DNA of 64,000 bases from Chloroflexota bacterium (GCA_052388515.1 JBQTHZ010000077.1:6351-70350), one strand, 5' to 3'. Positions 1 to 9,199 are shown, counted from the first letter of the stretch. Made by a program: numbers and translations. Notes: a model not told the origin generated them from the letters alone.

Positions 1-1315
1 TCGTGCTCACGCGTGCGCCGAGGAAGACGTCGTTGTCGATGATCCCACGATGGAACGGGACGTTCGTCTTCACTCCGCCGATCTCCAGCTCGGCCAGCGC
101 ACGGCGGGATCTCGCCAGCGCGATGTCGCGCGTCTCGCCCCACACGATCAGCTTGGCCAGCAGGCTGTCGTAGTAGGGCGGCACCTCGTAGCCGGGGTAG
201 AGGTGGGTGTCGACCCGCACACCGGGGCCACCGGGCAGGTGGAGGGTCTCGATCTCGCCGGTCTGCGGCGAGAAATTGTCACTCGGATCCTCGGCGTTGA
301 TGCGGAACTCGATCGCGTGACCGCGGAACGCGATCTGCTCCTGTCGCAGGCTGAGCGGCGCGCCGGAGGCGATCCGGATCTGCTCTCCGATGAGGTCGAC
401 GCCGGTCAGCATCTCGGTCACCGGATGCTCGACCTGGATCCTGCAGTTGATCTCGATGAAGTAGAAGTTGCCCTGCGCGTCGAGGAGGAACTCGAGGGTG
501 CCGGCACTCTCGTAGCCGGCCGCCACCACGCTCCGAATGGCGAGGTCGCGCAGCCGTTCGCGGGTCGTGTCGTCCATGGCCGGCGATGGCCCTTCCTCGA
601 TGATCTTCTGGTGCCGTCGCTGGACGCTGCAATCTCGCTCGCCGAGGTGCACACCGTTGCCGTCGCGGTCGACCATGACCTGGACCTCGACGTGACGCGA
701 CTCCTCGATCCACTTCTCGAAGTAGATGGAGTCATCGCCGAAGGCCGCCTGCGCCTCGGAGCGCGCCAGTGGAAGGGACTGCTCCATCTCGCGTGGCGAG
801 CGCACGAGGCGCATGCCGCGACCACCACCACCGGCCGAGGGCTTGAGGAGGACCGGATAGCCGGCCTCAGCCGCCTGCTCGAGGGCGTCACGCAGATCAG
901 TGACGATCCCGCGGCTGCCCGGCACCGTGGGCAGCCCGTTGGCAGCCAGCATGCGGCGCACCGCGTATTTGGACGCGAATCGCTCGAGCACCTCCGGGCG
1001 CGGCCCGATGAAGGTCAGCTCGTGGGCGACGCAGGCCTCGGCGAACGTCGCGTCCTCGCTCAGGAAGCCATAGCCGGGATGGATAGCGTCGCAGCCGGTG
1101 ATCATGGCGGCGCTGATGACCGCCGGCTGGTTGAGGTAGCTCTTGCGGGCCTCCGCGGGACCGATGCAGATCGCCTCGTCTGCCAGTCGCACGGCCAGCG
1201 CATCCCGGTCCGCCTCGCTGTAGGCGACGACCGCCGGCAGCCCGAGGTCGCGACAGGCACGCACGATGCGGACGGCGATCTCGCCCCGGTTGGCGATCAG
1301 AACCTTGCTGACCAC
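1..1315 (-). CDS. accC: Acetyl-CoA carboxylase biotin carboxylase subunit; C-terminus runs off the window edge
   Basis: Manual minus-strand translation from GTG at 1315 gives VVSKVLIANRGEIAVRIVRAC...GYPVLLKPSAGGGGRGMRLV...EINCRIQVEHPVTE, the ATP-grasp and biotin carboxylase signature. It is missing from the ORF track because it is open at the window edge. It starts 4 nt after the fabD stop. Confidence 0.8.
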   Translation of the reverse strand, partial: MVSKVLIANRGEIAVRIVRACRDLGLPAVVAYSEADRDALAVRLADEAICIGPAEARKSYLNQPAVISAAMITGCDAIHPGYGFLSEDATFAEACVAHELTFIGPRPEVLERFASKYAVRRMLAANGLPTVPGSRGIVTDLRDALEQAAEAGYPVLLKPSAGGGGRGMRLVRSPREMEQSLPLARSEAQAAFGDDSIYFEKWIEESRHVEVQVMVDRDGNGVHLGERDCSVQRRHQKIIEEGPSPAMDDTTRERLRDLAIRSVVAAGYESAGTLEFLLDAQGNFYFIEINCRIQVEHPVTEMLTGVDLIGEQIRIASGAPLSLRQEQIAFRGHAIEFRINAEDPSDNFSPQTGEIETLHLPGGPGVRVDTHLYPGYEVPPYYDSLLAKLIVWGETRDIALARSRRALAELEIGGVKTNVPFHRGIIDNDVFLGARVST

Positions 1316-1318
1316 GGG

Positions 1319-2272
1319 TCAGGCCGATGCCGGCGTCGCGACGCCCGTGGCGAGGAGCTGAGCGGCTGCCTCGAGGCTGGCAAGATCCACGACACTGGCC
1401 GTTCGCATGCCGGGCGCGATTCGCTTCAGCATCCCGGTCAGCGCATTGCCGGATCCGCACTCCACCCCCAGGTCGATGCCCTCATCGGCCATGCGATCGA
1501 CGCTGTGCACCCATTCCACGGGCGATCGAACCTGCTCGGCGAGGAGCGCTCGAATGCGACCGGCATCGGTCACCGGTTCGGCGGTGACGTTGCTGATCAT
1601 CGGGACCTGTGCGTCGTGCCAGTCCTCTCCCTCGAACGCGACGGCCAACCCATCGGCGACCTCTGCCATGAGTGGGGAATGGAAGGCACCTGAAACCGGG
1701 AGCCGCACGATCCGCTTGGCGCCCGCGGCGCGCAGCGGCGCCTCAGCCGCGGCAAGCGCGTCTCGACGGCCGGAGATGACCACCTGGCCCGGGGCGTTGT
1801 CGTTCGCCACGACAAGCTCTGTCGGCCGGCCGACGGTCGCGACGACCGCCTCCACCGCGGCACGGTCGAGTCCGAGGACGGCCGACATGCCGCCATCGGC
1901 GTCCACCTCCGCCATGAGGGCTGCCCGGCGAGCCACGAGGCGCAGCGACGCGCCAAAGTCCAGGACGCCGGCCGCCACCAGCGCGGCGTACTCGCCAACG
2001 GAATGCCCGGCCACGAGGCGCGGCTCCACCTCGGCCCGCTCGCCGAGAGCCCGATAGGCTGCCACCGACGTGGCGAGCAGGCACGGCTGGGTCTGGCGCG
2101 TGTCATCGAGCCGCTCGACGGGTCCCTGCCAACATGCCTCGGACACGGACCAGCCGAGCGTGACGTCGGCTTCTTCGAACGTGGCGCGCGCCGCACCCGA
2201 GTGCTCTGCCAGCTCGCGGCCCATGCCAACCACCTGCGAACCCTGCGGGCTGAAGAGCAGCACAAGCCTCAA
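1319..2272 (-). CDS. fabD: Malonyl CoA-ACP transacylase
   Basis: 317-aa ORF with the GHSVGE active-site motif and full-length FabD-like sequence. The ATG overlaps the accB stop (ATGA). Confidence 0.85.
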   Translation of the reverse strand: MRLVLLFSPQGSQVVGMGRELAEHSGAARATFEEADVTLGWSVSEACWQGPVERLDDTRQTQPCLLATSVAAYRALGERAEVEPRLVAGHSVGEYAALVAAGVLDFGASLRLVARRAALMAEVDADGGMSAVLGLDRAAVEAVVATVGRPTELVVANDNAPGQVVISGRRDALAAAEAPLRAAGAKRIVRLPVSGAFHSPLMAEVADGLAVAFEGEDWHDAQVPMISNVTAEPVTDAGRIRALLAEQVRSPVEWVHSVDRMADEGIDLGVECGSGNALTGMLKRIAPGMRTASVVDLASLEAAAQLLATGVATPASA

Positions 2273-2727
2273 CGCGTCAGCTCCACCGCTTCGAGCTCGA
2301 GCACGACCTGGCCGTACTCCACCGCCTCTCCGCTCTCGGCGACGAGGTGGCGGATCGTCCCGCGCCGCGGCGCTCGCACGTCGTGCCGGATCCCGAGCAT
2401 CTCGACCTGGCCGAGGGCATCACCCTTGTTGACCGCCAGCCCCGGCCCCAGCCCGTCCGCGTAGACGAAGAAGCCCACGGCCGGCGATGCAACGCCCACC
2501 GAGGCCGACACCGCGGCGACCTCGCGTGCGGTGGCAGCCGCCACCGGCGGCGATGACGCCCCGAGGGTGGCGACCGGCGCAACGGCGCGTGCCACGCGCA
2601 GCCGAAGGTCGCCCGACGACACCTCGATCTCACCGAGGCCGTGCCGAACGAGGCGCTCCGTCAGCTGTGGCACCAGGTCGCTCGCCGCTCGCGCGATCGC
2701 CGCGAGGGCGTCATCGGCGTGTGTCAT
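2269..2727 (-). CDS. accB: Biotin carboxyl carrier protein
   Basis: 152 aa. C-terminal biotinyl domain with GQVEMLGI around the biotinyl-lysine position. Lies between accA and fabD with 4-nt overlaps on both sides. Confidence 0.7.
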   Translation of the reverse strand: MTHADDALAAIARAASDLVPQLTERLVRHGLGEIEVSSGDLRLRVARAVAPVATLGASSPPVAAATAREVAAVSASVGVASPAVGFFVYADGLGPGLAVNKGDALGQVEMLGIRHDVRAPRRGTIRHLVAESGEAVEYGQVVLELEAVELTR

Positions 2728-3722
2728 GCACCTCTCTCACTCTCGTCGTCAACGCTGTCACTCGGCCAGATCTCGCTCCAGCGCGGCCGGTGCGGGACGC
2801 CGGGCAGGTGGAGGAGGCGGCCGATTCGCCGCCGTAGCGACGGCACCTCCGGGCGCCGCGGAATTCCGCCCCCGGTCTCGGTGTACGCACCCATGCCGCG
2901 GAGACGAGCATAGCGGGTCAGGAGCAGCTCAGCGGTCTCGCGGCCAGACAGGCGGCGCAGGGCCGAGATGATCGCCGCCTTGATCGCTGCTCCGGTTGCC
3001 GCATGGTCGGAATGGGCGCCGTCCCCGGGCTCCACCACGATGGCGTCCACGACGCCGAGGTCGACCTGGTCGTCGGCGGTCATGCGCATGGCAGCGGCGG
3101 CCGTCCGAGCCTCGTCCCGTGATCGCCACAGGATGGATGCGCAGCCCTCGGGGCTGATGACCGAGTAGACCGCGTTCTCGAGCGCCAGGACCACGTCGCC
3201 GACACCGATGGCGAGCGCGCCGCCGGAGCCACCCTCGCCCAGCACGATCACCACGATCGGGACCTGGAGCCCGGTCATCAGCTTGATGCTCGACGCGATC
3301 GCCTCGGCCTGGCCGCGCTCCTCGGCGGCGGGGCCCGGAAAAGCGCCGGCCGTGTCGAGGAAGGTGACGATCGGCATCCCGAGCTTGTCGGCAAGCCGCA
3401 TGAGACGCTGCGCCTTGCGGAACCCCTCGGGATGTGGCGAGCCGAAGTTGCGCAGGATGTTCGACTCGGTATCGGTCCCCTTCTGGTGGCCGATGACCAT
3501 GACTGGCACGCCGTCGAGCGTCGCCGGACCCCCGACGATGGCGAGGTCGTCTCCGAACGCGCGGTCCCCGTGCAGCTCGAAGAATCCGTCGAAGATGATC
3601 GGCACCAGGTCGAGCGTGCGCGGCCGCTGCGGGTGCCTGGCAAGCTGCACCCGCCGCCAGGCCTCCTGGCCCGCTGCCTCTGCCGCCGGTGCCGCGCTCT
3701 CGACCGTGGGCTGGTCGGTCAT
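2724..3722 (-). CDS. accA: Acetyl-CoA carboxylase carboxyltransferase alpha subunit
   Basis: Homology begins at MTDQPTVES. The remaining 49 aa of the track ORF are an upstream extension. Conserved VIGHQKG and LGEGGSGGALA motifs. The ATG overlaps the accD stop (ATGA). Confidence 0.85.
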   Translation of the reverse strand: MTDQPTVESAAPAAEAAGQEAWRRVQLARHPQRPRTLDLVPIIFDGFFELHGDRAFGDDLAIVGGPATLDGVPVMVIGHQKGTDTESNILRNFGSPHPEGFRKAQRLMRLADKLGMPIVTFLDTAGAFPGPAAEERGQAEAIASSIKLMTGLQVPIVVIVLGEGGSGGALAIGVGDVVLALENAVYSVISPEGCASILWRSRDEARTAAAAMRMTADDQVDLGVVDAIVVEPGDGAHSDHAATGAAIKAAIISALRRLSGRETAELLLTRYARLRGMGAYTETGGGIPRRPEVPSLRRRIGRLLHLPGVPHRPRWSEIWPSDSVDDESERGA

Positions 3723-4726
3723 GGGGCCTCCTCGTGCTGGCCGCTTCGCGTCGTCGAGGGACCCCTGCCGTTGCCGTCGGGAGGTGCCTCGACGTCGATG
3801 CCGATCGTCTCGCTCACCGCTCCGCCAAGCCGCTCGGCAAGCCCGGAGATGGCGCCGATCGGACCCCACGCCCGCTCGAGGGCGGCCGGCTGCCCATCGT
3901 CCACGGCGGCCACCGGCAGGAGCTCCAGGAGCCGTGACAGGCTGGAGCGCAGCTCGGCTCGCGGGACCACGGCGTCGACGAAGCCGTGGGCCAGCAGGAA
4001 CTCGGCGCTCTGGAAGCCCTCCGGCATCTCCTCGCCGACCGTGTCGGAGGCGACGCGCGCACCCGCGAATCCGATGAGCGCCTTCGGCTCTGCGAGGATC
4101 ACGTCGCCAAGGCTCGCGAAGCTGGCGAGCACGCCGCCGGTCGTGGGATCGGTCAGCACCGTGATGAATGGAATCCCGGCGGCGTCGAGGCGGACCAGCG
4201 GTGCGGTCGTCTTGGACAGCTGCATGAGCGACAGCGTGCCCTCCTGCATGCGCGCCCCTCCCGACGCGCTGACCACGATGGCCGGGATCCGCTCGGCGAA
4301 CGCGGTCTCGAAGCAGCGGGCCAGCTTCTCGCCCACCACGCTACCCATGCTGCCGCCCATGAATCGGAAATCGAAGATGGCGATGGCGACCCGACGACCA
4401 TCGATGGCGCCGATCCCCCACACCACAGCGTCGCGCAGGCCGGTCTTGATACGCGACGCCTCCAGGCGGTCGGCGTACGGTCGGTCATCGGAGAAGCCGA
4501 GCCGATCGACTGATTCGAGGCCGGCATCCCGCTCCTCGAAGCTGCCTGGATCGAGCAACAGGTCGATCCGCTCCCCGACCGACATGCGGAAGTGGTGCCC
4601 GCAGGACGGGCAGAGACGCTGGTTCCGCTCGAGCTGCTTGTTGAAGACCTGCGCGTCGCAGGTGGGGCACTTCGTCCAGGCGTCCGACGGCGCGGCGCGG
4701 CGGCTGAACGGGAACTTGATCGGCAA
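3719..4726 (-). CDS. accD: Acetyl-CoA carboxylase carboxyltransferase beta subunit
   Basis: N-terminal zinc ribbon CPTC...CPSC, then the carboxyltransferase fold. TTG start at 4726 with GGAGGA 6 nt upstream. Confidence 0.85.
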   Translation of the reverse strand: MPIKFPFSRRAAPSDAWTKCPTCDAQVFNKQLERNQRLCPSCGHHFRMSVGERIDLLLDPGSFEERDAGLESVDRLGFSDDRPYADRLEASRIKTGLRDAVVWGIGAIDGRRVAIAIFDFRFMGGSMGSVVGEKLARCFETAFAERIPAIVVSASGGARMQEGTLSLMQLSKTTAPLVRLDAAGIPFITVLTDPTTGGVLASFASLGDVILAEPKALIGFAGARVASDTVGEEMPEGFQSAEFLLAHGFVDAVVPRAELRSSLSRLLELLPVAAVDDGQPAALERAWGPIGAISGLAERLGGAVSETIGIDVEAPPDGNGRGPSTTRSGQHEEAP

Positions 4727-4745
4727 TCGATTCCTCCTCGTTCGC

Positions 4746-5117
4746 CTATCGATGGAGGAGCCGATGCGCGCCGGAGGCGCGACGGCTGCTGCGCCAGACG
4801 GCGTATACGGTGACCCCGACGCCGACGGCCGAACCGACGGCCCCGGTCACGATCAGGCGTCCGGGATGGCGGCGCGCCCACGCCACCGGGTCACGGAGCG
4901 GTTGGGTCGCGAGCCGCGCCCCCAGGCGCGCCGCGTAGCGAGTTCCGACCGGCGGTGGCACGAGGGTCGCTCGCAGGTCTGACGCCAGCTGGACAAGCGG
5001 GCGCGACGCGCCATCAACCCCGGCCGTCGCCGCGGCGATCTGCGGGGAGTGTCCGTCGAGGATGCCGTCGACCGCTCGATCGAGGCGCTCGGCGGCGGAC
5101 CGGGCCTTGCGCATCAC
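4746..5117 (-). CDS. Hypothetical protein with one C-terminal transmembrane helix; candidate anti-sigma factor
   Basis: 123-aa ORF 154 nt downstream of the ECF sigma gene. One predicted TM helix (LIVTGAVGSAVGVGVTVYAV). No HxxxCxxC motif. Confidence 0.3.
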   Translation of the reverse strand: MMRKARSAAERLDRAVDGILDGHSPQIAAATAGVDGASRPLVQLASDLRATLVPPPVGTRYAARLGARLATQPLRDPVAWARRHPGRLIVTGAVGSAVGVGVTVYAVWRSSRRASGAHRLLHR

Positions 5118-5271
5118 GCTCCTGCTAACACCGCGAAGTCCGCAACGTTACACCGGTGCCTCCGAAGCTGCCGGTGGGGAGGCACCCACCTCACGCCAGC
5201 AGCATACTGAGATTTCGGCCGAATCCGGCCGCGAAGCCATTGCTCGCGGGGGCGGCGCGGCGAGGCCGGGA

Positions 5272-5853
5272 TCAGTCCTGGATCGTCATCTCGAGCAGAG
5301 CGGCAAGCTCGCGCAGGGCGCGGTGCTGGAGGACCCGAACCGCGCCCTCGCTGCGTCCCAGGACCACGCCGATCTCGCGCGTCGAGAGGCCGTCCACGAA
5401 GCGCAGGACGACGACCTGGCGACGATCATCCGAGAGCGATGCCACCGCCACACGCAGCCGACGGGCATCGTCGGCGAGGCTCGCCGACCGGGCGGGGTCA
5501 TCGTCGGCGACCGGCTCATGCGCGCCATCCAGCGCATCGGCGCGGTGCCGGCTCCGCGAGCGCAGGGCATTCGCAAGCTGGTTGTGGGCGATGCGGAACA
5601 GCCACGAGCGGAAGGACGCCCCCTCGTCCCGGAAGCGATCGATGGCACCGAGCGCGGACAGGAACGTGCGCTCGGTCGCATCCTCGGCGTCATGGTGGTC
5701 ACCGAGCAGGTAGAAGCAGTAGCCGTAGATCGGGTCGAGGTAGCGGCGATAGAGCGTGGCGAATGCCGCGCGATCCCGCTGCGCGGCGCGCACGTCGGCC
5801 AGATCGGGATCGAGCGGGCGGGCGGACGCGGAGGTCGCCGGACCGACGTTCAT
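5272..5853 (-). CDS. ECF-type RNA polymerase sigma-70 factor
   Basis: Sigma-70 region 2 (YRRYLDPIYGYCFYLL...FRSWLFRIAHN) and region 4 (LSDDRRQVVVLRFVDGLSTREIGVVLG...). Likely start MNVGP at 5853, overlapping the birA TGA (ATGA). Confidence 0.75.
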   Translation of the reverse strand: MNVGPATSASARPLDPDLADVRAAQRDRAAFATLYRRYLDPIYGYCFYLLGDHHDAEDATERTFLSALGAIDRFRDEGASFRSWLFRIAHNQLANALRSRSRHRADALDGAHEPVADDDPARSASLADDARRLRVAVASLSDDRRQVVVLRFVDGLSTREIGVVLGRSEGAVRVLQHRALRELAALLEMTIQD

Positions 5854-6632
5854 GCCGGCGCCTCCGCGCGGAGCCGCACGATCTCGCCGCTCGTCAACGT
5901 CACCGGCCCGCTTGCCGTCTCGATCACCAGCGCCCCGGCCTGGTCGATGCCGGTGGCAGTGCCCTCGATCCGCCCGTCCGCGGTGTCGACACGGACCTCG
6001 GTCCCGAGCGTCAGGCACGCCGCGCGATAACGCTGCAGCGGGGAGGCACCGGCCTCCAGCGCGACCAGCTCGGCGTCGAGCTCGTCGAGAAGCGAGCCGA
6101 GCAGCTCGACACGGTCGACCTCGCCGCCGGCAAGCTCGGCGAGCGCCGTGGCGTCGCGGGCGATCTCGACCGGCATCTCGGAGCGGGGCCAGTTGACGTT
6201 GATCCCGACTCCGATCACCGCGCCGGCGAGGCGGTCACCATCGATCGCCGTCTCGATGAGCACACCGCCCAGCTTCCTCCCATCCCGAGCGATGATGTCG
6301 TTCGGCCACTTCAGCCCCACCGGGGCAGTTGCCGAGCAGGCTGTCCAGGCGGCCAGCGCGACACTCATTGCCAGCTGCCCGGCGTCCGCTGCGGGAATTC
6401 GCGGCCGGACGGCCACGCTCAGCATCAGGTTGCGCTCCGGCGGCGAGACCCAGGTTCGCCCACGGCGGCCACGACCGTCCGACTGCTCCTCGGCCACGAC
6501 CGCCCGACCCTCGCCTCCGCGGATGTCGAGCAGCGCACGGGCGCGGTCGTTGGTCGAGCCGATCGTGAGGTGGGCCTCCACGCCGCGGCCGATCCGTCGG
6601 CGTGGTCGATCCGCCCCTTGCCAGTCGATCAT
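5850..6632 (-). CDS. birA: Biotin--[acetyl-CoA-carboxylase] ligase, class I, no N-terminal HTH
   Basis: About 260 aa, MIDWQG...GRGRRGRTW...KWPNDI, the biotin protein ligase catalytic domain. The rest of the 535-aa track ORF is antisense artifact. Confidence 0.8.
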   Translation of the reverse strand: MIDWQGADRPRRRIGRGVEAHLTIGSTNDRARALLDIRGGEGRAVVAEEQSDGRGRRGRTWVSPPERNLMLSVAVRPRIPAADAGQLAMSVALAAWTACSATAPVGLKWPNDIIARDGRKLGGVLIETAIDGDRLAGAVIGVGINVNWPRSEMPVEIARDATALAELAGGEVDRVELLGSLLDELDAELVALEAGASPLQRYRAACLTLGTEVRVDTADGRIEGTATGIDQAGALVIETASGPVTLTSGEIVRLRAEAPA

Positions 6633-6695
6633 CGCCACACGATACCGCCTCTGGCGCGCGGGGGGTCGGCATCGGTACGGTACACTCGCCGTCCC

Positions 6696-7721
6696 ATGAG
6701 CCAGACCCTGGATGCTCGCGACGCCCTGCCCAGGCCGCTGCGGGAACGCGTGTTCAGCGGCATTCAGCCGTCGGGCGCCTCGCACCTGGGAAACTACCTC
6801 GGCGCCCAGGTCAACTACGTGGCCATGCAGGACGAGTTCGAGGCGATCTACGGGATCGTCGACTACCACGCGCTGACGACCGTGCACGACGGGGCGGAGC
6901 TGCGCCGCTTGACCCATGAGATGGTGCTCGACCTCCTCGCGGTCGGCCTCGATCCGCAGCGCTGCGCGCTCATCCGCCAATCGGACCTGCCCGAGCACGC
7001 CGAGCTGACCTGGATCTTCAACACCGTCGTGCCCGTCAGCTGGGTCGAGCGCACGCCGACGTACAAGGAGAAGCGCCAGCAGGGCGTCGAGAACAGCATG
7101 GGGTTGCTCGACTACCCCGTGCTGCAGGCCGCCGACATCGTGATCTACAAGGCCACCCGGGTGCCGGTCGGCAAGGACCAGGCAGCGCACCTCGAGCTGT
7201 CGCGTGAGATCGTGCGCGCCTTCAACCGCCGGTACGGCCCGATCTTCCCCGAGCCGGAACCGGTCTTCACCGACGTCCCCGTCGTGCTCGGCACGGACGG
7301 CGCCACCAAGATGAGCAAGAGCGCAGGCAACACGATCCCGATCTTTGCCGAGCCCGACGAGATCCGTCGACTCGTGATGAGCATGGTCACCGACCCCCTG
7401 CGCATCAAGCGCACGGATCCCGGCCGTCCCGAGGTCTGCAACGTCTGCCAGCTGCATCGATTCTTCGGCACCGACTACCTCCAGATCCAGGATGGCGAGC
7501 GCACCGCCCGGACCGGCTGCGTCGACACCAAGGAGCTGCTGGCGGAGCGGATCATCGAGCTGTTCCGCCCCATGCGCGAAGAGCGGGCACGGCTGGCCGC
7601 CGACCCCGCGGTCGTCGAGGAGACGCTGGCGACAGGCGCGGCCAAGGTCCGGCCGATCCTCGAATCGACGACGGCCGAGGTGCGTGACGCGGTCGGCATC
7701 GGTCCGCGGCGGGTGGTGTAA
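6696..7721 (+). CDS. trpS: Tryptophan--tRNA ligase
   Basis: 341 aa from MSQTLD. Class I tRNA-synthetase signature with KMSKS present (TKMSKSAGN). The track ORF 5439-7721 carries a long spurious N-terminal extension. Confidence 0.9.
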   Translation: MSQTLDARDALPRPLRERVFSGIQPSGASHLGNYLGAQVNYVAMQDEFEAIYGIVDYHALTTVHDGAELRRLTHEMVLDLLAVGLDPQRCALIRQSDLPEHAELTWIFNTVVPVSWVERTPTYKEKRQQGVENSMGLLDYPVLQAADIVIYKATRVPVGKDQAAHLELSREIVRAFNRRYGPIFPEPEPVFTDVPVVLGTDGATKMSKSAGNTIPIFAEPDEIRRLVMSMVTDPLRIKRTDPGRPEVCNVCQLHRFFGTDYLQIQDGERTARTGCVDTKELLAERIIELFRPMREERARLAADPAVVEETLATGAAKVRPILESTTAEVRDAVGIGPRRVV

Positions 7722-7723
7722 CG

Positions 7724-9004
7724 ATGAGCGGGCCGATCTCTGGCATCGGTCCCCGCGAGCGTTGGTGGCTCGTCATCTTCCTGGCGCTCGGGAGCGCGTA
7801 CTTCGGCTTCCTCCTCATCGAGCGCGCGCTCGACCTGCTCGGCAGCTTCGGGACCATCCTGCTCATCATCTTCCTGGCCTGGCTGCTGGCCTTCGTGATG
7901 TCGGCGCTGGTGTCGGGACTCGAGGAGCGCATCGACCTGCCGCGTCCGACGATCGTGGTCGGCAGCTATCTGCTGGCGCTCGTCGTGTTCGGGTTCGTGG
8001 TCTTCTACACCGGGGCGGCGATGACCCAACAGGTCGCCGAGCTGGCGCGCAACTACCCGGCAACTGAGCGCGACATCCTGGCCGTGCTGGCGGACTGGGA
8101 GCGCGGGCTCGAGTTCGGCCGCCTGCGGATCAGCCTGACCGACCTCTACGCCACCGCGGTCACCGGGCTCGAACAGATCGGCAGCGACATCGTCGAGCAG
8201 GCACAGAACATCGCCGGCGTCACGATCGCTGCGCTGGGATCGCTCTTCCTGATCATCGTCATCTCGCTCTACATGCTCATGGACTCGGGTCGCATCCTGG
8301 CTCGCCTGCGAGCGGCAGTCCCACGGCGCTACCGGGACGAGGCGAGCCTCTTCGAGCGCAGCATCGTGAGGGCCTTCGGTGGCTTCCTCCGCGCGCAGCT
8401 CATCCTGGCCGTCATGCAGGCGTTCCTCGTGGCGGTCGTGGGCACCGTCTTCGCGATCCCCTACCTGTTCCTGTGGGGCACCATCAGCGCGCTGGCCATG
8501 CTCATCCCGTTCTTCGGGCCGCCGCTCGCGCTCCTGCCTCCCATCATCGGTGCCGTCCTGTTCGCCGGCGGGGCCGCCATCCCGGTCGCCATCATCCTGT
8601 TCGTCGTCCAGACGATCATCGTCAACTGGCTCCAGCCGCGGCTCATGCGCGGCGCCCTCGGCCTGCATCCGATCCTGGTCCTGGTCGGACTCCTCCTGGG
8701 TGCGCAGGTGGCCGGGGTGTGGGGCGCCCTGTTCGGGATCCCGGTCATCGCCGTGCTCTGGGTGTTCGTGAGCTACGCGCTCTTCCGCACGGTTCCGAAC
8801 GCCGCGCTTCCCGATGCCGAGCGCCTCTCCGACGTCGACGAGCACGTCATGGTCAGCGTCGAGAAGGAGCAGGTCGGCGACGAGACGCACCCGCACATCC
8901 ACGTGACGCGCACCCGGCGACCGGATGGCAGCGAGCAGGTCGAGCTGCGCATGGCGGAACGTGAGACGGACGAGAACCCGCGACCGAGCGGAGCGGAGGG
9001 CTAG
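7724..9004 (+). CDS. AI-2E family transporter (UPF0118/PerM-like)
   Basis: 426 aa, multi-TM with a hydrophilic C-terminal tail. Starts 2 nt after the trpS stop. Confidence 0.75.
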   Translation: MSGPISGIGPRERWWLVIFLALGSAYFGFLLIERALDLLGSFGTILLIIFLAWLLAFVMSALVSGLEERIDLPRPTIVVGSYLLALVVFGFVVFYTGAAMTQQVAELARNYPATERDILAVLADWERGLEFGRLRISLTDLYATAVTGLEQIGSDIVEQAQNIAGVTIAALGSLFLIIVISLYMLMDSGRILARLRAAVPRRYRDEASLFERSIVRAFGGFLRAQLILAVMQAFLVAVVGTVFAIPYLFLWGTISALAMLIPFFGPPLALLPPIIGAVLFAGGAAIPVAIILFVVQTIIVNWLQPRLMRGALGLHPILVLVGLLLGAQVAGVWGALFGIPVIAVLWVFVSYALFRTVPNAALPDAERLSDVDEHVMVSVEKEQVGDETHPHIHVTRTRRPDGSEQVELRMAERETDENPRPSGAEG

Positions 9005-9023
9005 GTGTAGCGTCCCGGGAGGT

Positions 9024-9198
9024 TGCTCACGTCGGGACCGGCGGTCGGGCGAGGCTCGTCTCCGCTCAGCCAATATATCAATACCGATATATTCGGTGAT
9101 AGCAATTCGAGGCGCGCTACGATCGCGCCCTCCGCTGCAGCGGCCGGGCAAGGCGTCACGCAGACCGGCCTACGGCAACAACCTCCATGGGAATCACA
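9024..9198. repeat. Copy 1 of a conserved ~175-nt structured element (unclassified)
   Basis: Aligns to 17750-17925. Shared blocks: GACCGGCG, GGGCGAGGC, TATATC-N6-GATATATTCG-TGATAG (palindrome 9074-9091), GCCGGGC, GGCAA(C/G)AACC and (A/G)TGGGAATCACA (9189-9198). Several positions show paired stem-preserving changes. It begins 1 nt after the TAG stop of the oppF-like gene. Confidence 0.6.
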
Positions 9199-9199
9199 G

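Noticed and set aside
50-1693. 547-aa plus-strand ORF covering the accC/fabD region
   Set aside because: Arginine- and glycine-rich translation with no motifs. It is antisense to the clearly homologous accC and fabD genes, a typical high-GC shadow ORF.
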